This document shows, in pieces, positions 1-8,869 of a DNA stretch of 64,000 nt. The stretch is from IMG/VR virus record IMGVR_UViG_3300036760_000327, positions 1 to 64,000 of that record; one strand, 5' to 3'. Below the pieces are notes generated by a model that searched no databases, had not been told where the DNA came from, and saw only the letters and a list, made by a program, of their open reading frames with translations. Positions within the stretch are counted from its first letter, which is position 1; every line of letters starts with the position of its first letter. The DNA is from a virus. A program made the position numbers and the translations under genes.

Positions 1-52
1 TTCACTTTCACAATGTCGATTAACCTATCGAAATCATTCATGATTTTTCTAT

Positions 53-81
53 TTGACTTTTCGTTTGTGAAAAGTTAGAAT
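53..81 (+). promoter_or_regulatory. sigma70-type early promoter
   Basis: TTGACT (53-58), exactly 17 nt, TAGAAT (76-81), upstream of the whole + strand early region. Confidence 0.75.
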
Positions 82-87
82 TGTCTC

Positions 88-1735
88 AAATTTGGAAGAA
101 AAGTTTGAGAATTTGAGAAGAAAGAAGGTGAAAAGAGAAGTAAAATAATCTAACATTCGTTCCACAATGGGATGACCGCGTATCCCATAGAGTAAACTAT
201 CCAATGCTCTGAATGTAGCCTATACACTACAACGCGTGGAAAGTCAAATCTCCTGTAATGGGATAGCATTTAGACAGGTATGACTAATACAGTCTGTCCG
301 AACAGACTGGCGGAGACGCACCAGGCCGTATATGCCCAATATACGAAAATAACTCGGTAATGTATAGACTATGCCTTGCTATAGGCCCATGTTAGAACTT
401 ATCTGGCCTCTCCATCTTACAAAATGAGAGGTCAACATGGATAAGAACATGGTAACTTTAAAAATCGGAAAGACGATTATTCAATGCCGTCCAGAAGACG
501 TGGGAAATATAATGTCTTCAGTTTCTACGGCACCTGTAACCGCGGAAAAGAAATATGAAAAATCTACGGTTATCCATAAGGCAATCCGTAATCTAGAGGC
601 GAACACTCCAGAGGAATTAGTGATTGGTGCTCTAGCCAATAGATCGGGAATCCATACCGTCTTTTCAGGGTTAAATGAAGAATTGAGAAACCGTTTCGGA
701 GCAGATCCCATTGATGTAACTGAAAAGATGATGAATGCCGGTCTTATTAAGGGGCGTCCGGCGAAAAAGGGATTTTGGATCACTAAATAACTTTTCGCAT
801 AAAGCTATCAGTCAATAGCACAATGCGAAAATGGAGAGGTCAAATTGGTTCTAACATGGTTTTTCAGATATAAGAAGTTATAGGTGTTCTTGTATATACT
901 TGTAATAAGGGGTTATAGTTTAAACCTTTGCTATTTCTTATAGAAATGGATAAAACTAAATATATACAAGAGCTTACTAAAATTTCTTATCCGTCTGCCT
1001 CCAGAGTAGAAATAAGTAAGGGCAGAGCAAGAGTGGAAATCTCTTGACTATACTCGTTTGGAACCATTAAGCGAGCTCTTATATAAGTCTCGTTGAACAA
1101 CGGGTTGAGTATAGGTTTCATTTCTGGCTTATTTTGAAAAGGAACGGACACTGATTAAGAAATGGATGGCCTATAATGGAATATATCCTATTCCTAACTT
1201 ATAAACTATATAATGCACCTAATATTATATAGTTAAGTAAGTAACGGCCCAGTTGCGAGAATGTAGACGTTGCTACTTACTGGGTGATGACTGGATAAAT
1301 GAATATTATGACGCATGTCATCATTTACGCCAGTATAAAAGCGCAGACGGGAAAAACTAACCCCGATTGAGACTAAGGGGCAACGAGAGAATGTCGGCCC
1401 GTCGTATGTCATACGGACAGAGCTCTTTCGAGATGAGCACGTATGTCTTTATCCATTATAAGAATGAGGTCAAATAACATGACAAAATGGATATATCTTC
1501 TAAAGGTATTTGTTCAGCCAGCCTATGAAGATATTATAATTGGCAAGAACACGAGGCAGAGAGGATACTGGAGCTCTGCTGAAAAGAGAATAACTGGCCG
1601 AGCAGACAACTCGGAAGAGCAAGCCAGTAGTTGAAGCTGGCATACTATACAATAAATAGGGCGGCCACGAGCTGCTTAAACAGATGACGGGGTATGTTCT
1701 TTATGCGGACATACCCCGTTATTCTTATATCTACC
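88..1735 (+). ncRNA. candidate large structured early RNA (leader plus intergenic domain) with embedded ORF 437-790
   Basis: Near-continuous stems: 160-165/236-241 closing three hairpins, 290-309, 387-415/831-859, 792-831, 888-898/961-971, 1204-1214/1224-1234, 1684-1699/1707-1722, 866-876/1722-1732. Many non-WC pairs are G.U on the + strand. Confidence 0.55.
437..790 (+). CDS. first early protein, small basic protein (possible winged-helix nucleic-acid binder)
   Basis: 117 aa, SD GAGAGG 426-431. The C-terminal GIHTVFSGLNE...GLIKGRPAKKG segment resembles, from memory, an uncharacterised bacterial family. Confidence 0.7.
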   Translation: MDKNMVTLKIGKTIIQCRPEDVGNIMSSVSTAPVTAEKKYEKSTVIHKAIRNLEANTPEELVIGALANRSGIHTVFSGLNEELRNRFGADPIDVTEKMMNAGLIKGRPAKKGFWITK

Positions 1736-1876
1736 ACAATTACAATTCCAGCAGAGTAGACGAAATGGATAAGTTCCGAGCAGATGGAAAAAGAGATCGC
1801 GCAACCACAGAACTCTTTCTAACTCAAGCTGAAAAAGCTCTAGCAAATGGGGAACGTGCAATTATGGAATTCGTAA

Positions 1877-3259
1877 TTGACGAGAGGTAAAATTATGTCA
1901 CGCACAATCGCTGATTTACTCAAGAATGAAATAGGAAAAAGACCAATATGGGACTATAGAATATGGGCACCTCTAAGTCTCGACGATGATGCAGAAGTTA
2001 AAATTATTATAGATTTTGGTAAAACAACAATGGAAACGACAGAATGTTATTTTTTAAAAATTGCTAAACCAAAAAAGAGGTGATCGGAATGAGGCCCTAT
2101 CATATCGCGTGTAACAGTACAAATCTAAGCACGGTTAAAATTAACAAAGGACATAGGACTATTATATTTGATAAATGTGAATACTGCAATAGAATTATTG
2201 AATCCCATGAAATAAATAGTTCAAGAATTTTATTTTATAAAGCTATATCAAATATAAAATCTCGTCCTCAATCTGGGGACATGGCCAAAATGATTATTAG
2301 ATCCTATAAAAATTAAAAATTGGAGAGTGATGTGGAAAATATGTTGAAAGAATATGAAGCCGAGGCAACGGATCTTAAGGAAGCTCTTAAAAGATTTACG
2401 GGAATGACTATAAAAGAAGCCCAAAATTATGGATGGGGCGAAAAAGAGGATAGATTACAGGGTAGATTATGGATATTAGGGTACAAGATAACTGATCTTA
2501 AGAATAAAATATCTAAAAATGAAAAACCGATGGATTAAATCTTGGGCTCATAAATGGACTGAGTGTAGATTCTGCCATAGAAATGTATATAAGGGAGAGT
2601 TAGTGTGGAAACTTACAGGAACTATATCCCCGTACTATATATGTAACGTATGCAAAAGAAAGGAGAAATTGAAGAATGAAAAATTTCATTATAACAAGCT
2701 GGACAAATTTCCATGAAAATGAAAGATGGGAAGTTGAGGCCGAGTCTTTAGAAGAAGCGCAAAAGATTGCTTTAGAGGAGTTCAATATAACAGTTGAAGA
2801 AGTTCCAGAAAAAGAAATAGTATGAGAGAAAATAGAAAGCGTGAACTATCCAGAGTCATGGAAAAAGGCGCACAAATTGATAATGAACTCGTATCCAAAT
2901 GCGCTTATTATCCCTTGTTCCGTTTCTGTAAATTTGTTGATAAGAAAACTGGCGATCTAATTGTCGGCCAGCAATTAGTATGCAAAAATTGTTCTATAAT
3001 AGAGCCTAATTTAAGGTGTAAGCACAGTAGTATCTTGTCATGGTAAAGGATAAATATAATGAATATTAATAAACTTCAACTTATTAATTGTATATGCCAT
3101 AATGGTTATAAAGAAACGATCAATTCAATTATACATATTCCTCCTAAAATTGTTAACGAATACGCTGGCGCTTTTATAGTGAGCAATGGTTCTATCCAGT
3201 TAGCCAGAATAATGCAATTTATTAGAAAAGAAGACGGGACAATTATTAAAATAAAATGA
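1877..3259 (+). CDS. run of small early hypothetical ORFs (1877-2083, 2080-2316, 2320-2538, 2519-2716, 2822-3046, 3059-3259)
   Basis: Tightly packed or overlapping co-directional ORFs, several with CxxC motifs; exact starts uncertain. Confidence 0.55.
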
Positions 3260-3549
3260 ACCATTTAAATGCGAAAGAGAAAATCGGGGATGTCTATGTT
3301 ATTCATTTTGATAAAAAATACTACCATTGTCTTCATTATATAGGATTCACACAAATTGGTATAAATAATAGATTGTATTTACATAAAACAAATCGTGGAG
3401 CAGCTTTATTAAAGGCTGTTAATAGAGCAGGCATTGACTACAAGATAACTTTATGTTTTAAAAATGTTCCTCAATCATTTGAATTTAAATTGAAACGTCA
3501 AAAGAAAGCAAGTAATATATGTCCGTTATGTAAACAAAGGAGGCTATAA
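3256..3549 (+). CDS. GIY-YIG nuclease-family protein
   Basis: DVYVIHF...HYIGFT...RLYLH...E.KLK pattern and C-terminal CPLC. Confidence 0.7.
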   Translation: MNHLNAKEKIGDVYVIHFDKKYYHCLHYIGFTQIGINNRLYLHKTNRGAALLKAVNRAGIDYKITLCFKNVPQSFEFKLKRQKKASNICPLCKQRRL

Positions 3550-3744
3550 AAATGGAAAAATTTACTGTCTTTTATGATCAAATAGATAGAATAAATTATC
3601 AGATTTTAGCAAAAGATGAAACGGAGGCAATTTTAAAAGCGAATGAAATATATAAAAGAAAGATAGATATTCCTGACGGTTATGTTCAAGCAGGATGGAT
3701 TTCAGAAAGTGATGGCGAAAATAAATAGAAAGAAAGAGGATAAA

Positions 3745-4729
3745 ATGAAAATAACAGAAGTTAATTTTGGTCCTATGTTTAATGCTAGCACTGATAAACA
3801 TCCGGTAATAGTCCCTACTGGAAAAGTTACAATATCAGATTGCTATGATGAGAAGGAGCCTCGTCCATATGGAAGATTTCTGGTTAATGTGCACGTTAAT
3901 GTTGGAAGGGATTATAGAGTTATTCAAATTACTGAAAAGAATTATGCTAATCCTATAATAGTAGGTGGGATTGATTGTACGCCATATTTAAATGGAGCAT
4001 AAGCAAGGAAGCTATACCTTATTTAATTAATACTATGTATAAGGAGAAGAAAATTAAACCTTGGAGGGAAGGAGAAAAAAATGAAGTTTAAATTAAAAAC
4101 TTCTGGCTATTTTTACAAAGATGAGGACAAGGAAAAACTATTGAAACTGGGGTTTAAATTTGATCCTTATATATTTAAGGAATATAGATGGACTAAAAAA
4201 GATAATGTACCAGAAATAGAAATAAATTCCCTTAATGAGTTGGTTAAATTTATGGAAGAATGGGGAGATTTAATTTTATCCCCCAACGCAATAGAAATTT
4301 ATGATAACTATAGAGAATAAAACGATAATAAAAGGAGCTAATATGAAAAATAATAGAAAATATAGTGATGATATTGGATGGAATATTATAGGTTGGATAG
4401 CTGAACGAGTATTTCCTTATCTGCTTCTTGCTGTGATAGGAATATTCTCGTTATTAATAATAGGAATGGCAATAAAATTAATATTAATTCTAATACATTA
4501 AATAATATAAAAGAAAGGAGGTTAGATGAATACTGAAAAAATTATAGAAATTGCAACTCAATGGACTGAAAATCCGCCCTCCCAATTAAGAAATGCTACT
4601 GACTTAAGGATTTGTAAGAATGCAATTTTGTTGCTGTCGTATCGTGGTCTTTCTTCAGGGCTAACCCAGAAGGAGCGAGTTAACCTAAATATTTTGGTTG
4701 GTTTAAGAAAGGAGGAATTACGAAAATAG
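3745..4729 (+). CDS. small hypothetical ORFs (3745-4002, 4081-4320, 4343-4501 membrane, 4526-4729)
   Basis: Each has an AGGA/GGAG SD; starts adjusted to the SD. Confidence 0.55.
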
Positions 4730-5550
4730 ATATTATAAATTCCGTTGAAGAACTAGAAGTTTTTAAAGATTATCAAAACAGAAAGATCTCATTCAAAGGA
4801 TCAGTCAAGTTTAATTGCCCAGTTTATCTTAAAGATGACTGGTCAATAAAGGCTGAGGGATTCATTACTACCACAAAATTCATTGATATAGGAGGATTCA
4901 TTGATATAGAAAGATTCATCAGGGCCGGAGGATCCATTAGAGCGAGAAAGCACATTAAGGCTGGAGAATACATTGATATAGAAGGATTCATTAAAACCGA
5001 AAAATACATCAAGACCGAAGGATTCATTAGGGCCGGAGAGAGCATTGAGGCTGGAGGATCAGTTAGGGCGAGAAAACACATTAAGACTGGAGGGCACATT
5101 AAGGCTGGAGAGGGCATTGAAACCGAAGAGGGCATTGAGGCTAGAAGGTATATTGAAGCTGGAGAGCACATTAAGGCTGAGGAGAGCATTGAGGCTGGAG
5201 GATTCATTAAGGCTGGAGAAGGCATTTACGCAGGGAAGTTCATTAAAGCTGGAGAATACATTTTTTCCTTTAATTTTGATATTTCAGCTAAATGGATTTC
5301 TACCAAAACTCTCCCGTTCTATCGAAAATTTTGGTCTGAAATGATTCCTCTAAAAAAGTGGAGATCAATGATTCTCGATAATGACATTTGTTGGAATACT
5401 TTCAGAAATCTTCCTTCGTTTAAAGAAAAACAGGAAATTGTAAATTGGAAGGGATGGCACTGGATTTTAAAAGGTCAACTCGAATGTTTTTTTAGATTAA
5501 AGGATCAATTTAAACCAAAAAGCAACGATGAGACAAAAATTATAAGTTAG
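4720..5550 (+). CDS. hexapeptide-repeat beta-helix protein (bactofilin-like repeats), non-ATG start
   Basis: Frame open 4684-5550, in frame with ATG 5341. Repeats IKAGEH/IEAGGF/IKTEGF. SD AAGGAGG 4709-4715 is followed by ACG 4720 (or ATA 4726). Confidence 0.7.
   Translation, partial: TKIDIINSVEELEVFKDYQNRKISFKGSVKFNCPVYLKDDWSIKAEGFITTTKFIDIGGFIDIERFIRAGGSIRARKHIKAGEYIDIEGFIKTEKYIKTEGFIRAGESIEAGGSVRARKHIKTGGHIKAGEGIETEEGIEARRYIEAGEHIKAEESIEAGGFIKAGEGIYAGKFIKAGEYIFSFNFDISAKWISTKTLPFYRKFWSEMIPLKKWRSMILDNDICWNTFRNLPSFKEKQEIVNWKGWHWILKGQLECFFRLKDQFKPKSNDETKIIS
4845..5262 (+). repeat. 18-bp coding tandem repeats
   Basis: Recurring (C)ATT-AAG/GAG-GCT-GGA-GAG/GGA units. Confidence 0.8.
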
Positions 5551-5909
5551 CGATGAAAGACGGGAAGCAAAAGGAACCCAGTTACTGGTATTAAATTTTA
5601 AAGGAGAAAGCAAAATGATAAAAAGAGTCCGCCAATGGAAACAGGACATCAACGGAAAAACTCAAGAGGATAAAAGTGTCATTGTACTTAGTTTAGGACG
5701 AGAGCGGAGTTTGGTAATTCGTAAGAAACCTTTCAAGATAAGTTACCATACTTTCGCGGGATGTGCTTAATCTTTATAAAAAAGGAAGTAATAAAAATGA
5801 ATAAAAGAATAACGAAAAAGATTTTGAAATTACAGGATAAATTAAATTATTCAAAGACTCAAATTGAAAGAGCAAAGAAAATTTTGAAAAAGGAGAAAGA
5901 TTAAATAGA

Positions 5910-6149
5910 ATGAAATTTGCTGGTAGAGATAAAAGAAACGAAGAAATAAAATATAATGATTTTAAAACTATAATCCATTTCTATTATCCTGAAACTGATA
6001 CTAGATGGATTTCTTTCTCGTCTGAATTGCCTACGTCTATACTAGATCAGATAGTAGATCATAATGAGTATGGGAATGAATTTATTAAAATAATAATATC
6101 TATAAAAAGGAAAGAAAAGGATGGAGAAAAATATGAAAAGAGTATTTGA
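5910..6149 (+). CDS. hypothetical protein
   Basis: 79-aa ORF in the early gene run. Confidence 0.55.
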   Translation: MKFAGRDKRNEEIKYNDFKTIIHFYYPETDTRWISFSSELPTSILDQIVDHNEYGNEFIKIIISIKRKEKDGEKYEKSI

Positions 6150-6312
6150 GGTCACATCTTTAATTTTAACGCTGATTGGCTCTATCTGGTTTTAGGGATG
6201 ATTATGGTCTCTAAGTTCTGCACAATGGTATCAAGTATGTATTGCCTTTAGTAGCATTATTACAGCTATCGCATTAATTGCCTGTATTGGAATTGTTGCA
6301 ATTAAAAAATAA
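6133..6312 (+). pseudogene. two-TM membrane protein interrupted by TAG and TGA
   Basis: MKRVFEVTSLILTLIGSIWF*G*LWSLSSAQWYQVCIAFSSIITAIALIACIGIVAIKK; stops at 6193 and 6199. Confidence 0.55.
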
Positions 6313-6345
6313 AAGGAGCTAATATGAAAAATAATAGAAAATATA

Positions 6346-6540
6346 ATATGTATTCTGATTTCCCCCCTACAACCCCCCGGTCTAGATCATTATGATCTAT
6401 ATTATAATTTATATTATCTATTTCGTTTCACTCATATATAATATAAATAGCGGAAACCCGCTATTTGTGACAAAATATTTTTAGATAATTTTAAATAGAA
6501 GATAAACAAATCGTAAAAGATTAATATTTACAAGTAGATA
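6346..6540. other. putative replication origin / regulatory intergenic region
   Basis: C-rich CCCCCCTACAACCCCCC, palindrome TAGATCATTATGATCTA, AT-rich tract and perfect hairpin AAATAGCGG-AAAC-CCGCTATTT. Confidence 0.35.
6489..6536 (+). repeat. 48-bp dispersed repeat, copy 1 (copy 2 at 11481-11528)
   Basis: TTTTAAATAGRAGATAAACAAATCGTAAAAGATTAATATTTACAAGTA, 47/48 identical. Confidence 0.9.
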
Positions 6541-6567
6541 AAACAATATTTTAAAAAGGAAGCCAAA

Positions 6568-6957
6568 ATGAAAAAATTATTATTGTCAGGGTTATTAGTA
6601 TTAGTTTTATTTACATCAGCATTTTCAGCAGAATTAGTAGCACCATTTACAAAAGTTAAAGAAATGGTAAAGGAAAAAGGTGTATCAGTTGAAACAGATG
6701 TAAAGGTTATAACCTTTAAGACAGAAATTGATGGAAAACCAGTTCGTGTAGATTTTATTGTTGCAGAAAATAATGTCGGAATAGAAATGACAGACGGTAG
6801 GAATAGTATAATAGTTGGATATGATACCACAAATAAAGTTTATTTTATGGTAATAAATCCAGACGAAACCTCCCTTCCAGTTGTAATTACTGATACAAAT
6901 GCTCAGTTATTTGGATTTAACGTTTTTCGCTTACTGGTTGATAAAAATCTATTATAA
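6568..6957 (+). CDS. exported protein with signal peptide
   Basis: MKKLLLSGLLVLVLFTSAFSA Sec-type signal peptide. Confidence 0.75.
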   Translation: MKKLLLSGLLVLVLFTSAFSAELVAPFTKVKEMVKEKGVSVETDVKVITFKTEIDGKPVRVDFIVAENNVGIEMTDGRNSIIVGYDTTNKVYFMVINPDETSLPVVITDTNAQLFGFNVFRLLVDKNLL

Positions 6958-7013
6958 TACCCTTTGATTCATTCCAGAATGCCTTAAGACGATACTTTAA
7001 AAGAAATACTGGG

Positions 7014-7436
7014 TTAAAATAGCCTGAATTTATTACTTTCGAGATATCTAATTGCATTCATTAATATTTCTGAATCATCTTTCATAAGTCCCAATGCTGT
7101 ATTGTAGTTATTGCACAATAATCCTCTAACTTTTTCATTTGTATGATCATGATCTATACATACTTTATCTCCTGGGGTAAAGATATGGGAACAGATGGCG
7201 CATTTACTTTCTTGTTTTTCTAGTAATATTTTAAATTCTTCTAATGATATTTTATAGTTATATTTTATCTGATATTCTTTTTTGTACTCTTTCCGATGCT
7301 CTTTAACATCAGGTCGTTGAAAATATTTTTTATTATACTCTTTCATATATTCTCTATGATATTCTTTTCGCTGTTTTCTAATAGTGTCTTTGTTCTTTTG
7401 AAAATATTCTTTCATATACTCTTTTTTATCGAACAT
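7014..7436 (-). CDS. Endonuclease VII-family homing endonuclease, possibly inactive
   Basis: CAIC...DHDH...KVRGLLC; the last Zn Cys is replaced (CNNYN); paralog of 16961-17551. Confidence 0.8.
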   Translation of the reverse strand: MFDKKEYMKEYFQKNKDTIRKQRKEYHREYMKEYNKKYFQRPDVKEHRKEYKKEYQIKYNYKISLEEFKILLEKQESKCAICSHIFTPGDKVCIDHDHTNEKVRGLLCNNYNTALGLMKDDSEILMNAIRYLESNKFRLF

Positions 7437-7459
7437 AATATTATACTTCTCCATATATT

Positions 7460-7486
7460 AATAGTAAAATTTAGATATTTGTGACA
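7460..7486 (-). promoter_or_regulatory. phage promoter motif TGTCACA-N13-TACTATT
   Basis: Exact motif upstream of the minus-strand endonuclease. Confidence 0.7.
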
Positions 7487-7527
7487 AAATATTTTTAAAA
7501 ATTTAATAAGAATAAAGGAGACCAAAT

Positions 7528-7953
7528 ATGGCAAAAGGATGGGAAGGAGCCAATAAAGCTGAAAAAGATGACTTCTGTGCTGTGTGTAAAAGACAAGGAG
7601 ACATTAGGATATTTCATAGTTTAAGGGAAGGGGTGGAACATATCTTTGTATGTAAAGAACATGCCAATTCTCTCTCGGAAGATTGGCATGGCTGTGGATG
7701 TGGTGGATAAACTATTTATGGAAAAGGAGAACAGATGGCTAGGTTTGGAATAAATAGACGTATCTATAAGCGAGTAGATTTACACGGGAATCAGCAGGAT
7801 GTTATTGAGATTGTTGGTGAAATGGATTGTAAAGCGAACGCTTTATCAGGCGCATGTGAGAAGAAATGTGAAGGTAAAGTATGGATCGGCGAGAAGGGAA
7901 GGAAGTATTGCCCTCATCCTTATGGATTGGCTTGGGTTAGAATAAATGTCTGA
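7528..7953 (+). CDS. two small Cys-rich hypothetical proteins (7528-7710, 7735-7953)
   Basis: AAGGAG SDs, CxxC motifs. Confidence 0.6.
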
Positions 7954-8000
7954 ATAAAAATCATGACACTATGTCACCTTTTTGAAGGAGGAACCAAATA

Positions 8001-8855
8001 ATGACAAGAGATGAAATTATCAGAAACAAAGCAAATTTACAAGAAGCAGATTTACGGAAAGTAAATTTACAAGAAGCAAATTTGCAGAGAGCGGATTTAC
8101 AGGGAACAGATTTACAGGGAGCAAATTTACAGGGAACAGATTTACAGGGAGCAAATTTACAGGGAGCAAATTTACAGAGAGCAAATTTACAGAGAGCAAA
8201 TTTACAGAGAGCAGATTTGTGGAGAGCAGATTTGCGGGGAGCAGATTTGCGGGGAGCAGATTTGCGGGGAGCAGATTTGCGGGGAGCAGATTTGCGGGGA
8301 GCAGATTTGCGGGGAGCAGATTTGCGGGGAGCAGATTTACAAGGAACAGATTTACAAGGAACAGATTTACAAGGAACAGATTTACAAGGAACAGATTTAC
8401 AGGGAGCAAATTTACAGGGAGCAAATTTAAAGGGAGCAGATTTGTGGGGAGCAAATCTATATAGAGCAAATTTACAGGGAGCAAAAAATTTACCAGCAAA
8501 ATTTGCCAGCAATCTAAATCTTCTAAAACGGCAAAAAAATTCATTGATAGCTTTTAAATTTCTTAACGGGGATACATCTCCATATCAAAATTTCGCTTAC
8601 AAAATCGGAGAAACATATATTTGCGATGATGGGGATTCAGATGAAAGAATTCTTTGTGGCAAAGGTATCAATCTTGCCCCTCTAGAATGGTGTTTACGAC
8701 AAACAAATAATGATTTATCGAAAACTTATGCTATTTTTGAATTCAATCCAGAGGATATTTTGACAGTACCATATAACTCAGACGGAAAATTTAGGGTTAA
8801 AAGAGCGAAATATATTAGAAATTTAACCAGGCAAGAATTGAAAAATGTAATATGA
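8001..8855 (+). CDS. pentapeptide-repeat protein with C-terminal phage domain
   Basis: About 30 A[DN]L[QR]G repeats, then AFKFL...YKIGETY...CGKGIN domain. Confidence 0.9.
   Translation: MTRDEIIRNKANLQEADLRKVNLQEANLQRADLQGTDLQGANLQGTDLQGANLQGANLQRANLQRANLQRADLWRADLRGADLRGADLRGADLRGADLRGADLRGADLRGADLQGTDLQGTDLQGTDLQGTDLQGANLQGANLKGADLWGANLYRANLQGAKNLPAKFASNLNLLKRQKNSLIAFKFLNGDTSPYQNFAYKIGETYICDDGDSDERILCGKGINLAPLEWCLRQTNNDLSKTYAIFEFNPEDILTVPYNSDGKFRVKRAKYIRNLTRQELKNVI
8031..8483 (+). repeat. 15-bp coding tandem repeats
   Basis: Homogeneous blocks of GCAGATTTGCGGGGA and ACAGATTTACAAGGA. Confidence 0.9.
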
Positions 8856-8869
8856 TCTAAGGAAATAAT

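Noticed and set aside
387-859. IS/MITE with terminal inverted repeats
   Set aside because: The enclosed ORF has no transposase motifs, no target duplication is evident, and half of the imperfect positions are G.U-compatible, favouring RNA pairing
88-1735. Group I/II intron or small self-cleaving ribozyme
   Set aside because: GAGACTA at ~1369 has no matching TAGTC partner, no interrupted host gene or domain V was seen, and there is no CTGATGA...GAAA core; an Infernal scan is still warranted
4824-5344. ORFs 4824-5225(-) and 5045-5344(+)
   Set aside because: Shadow frames of the 18-bp repeats of the 4720-5550 gene
7961-8544. ORFs 7961-8512(-), 8020-8544(-), 8219-8464(+), and a possible CRISPR-like array
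   Set aside because: These are shadow frames of the 15-bp coding repeats; the repeats are contiguous with no unique spacers, so this is not CRISPR
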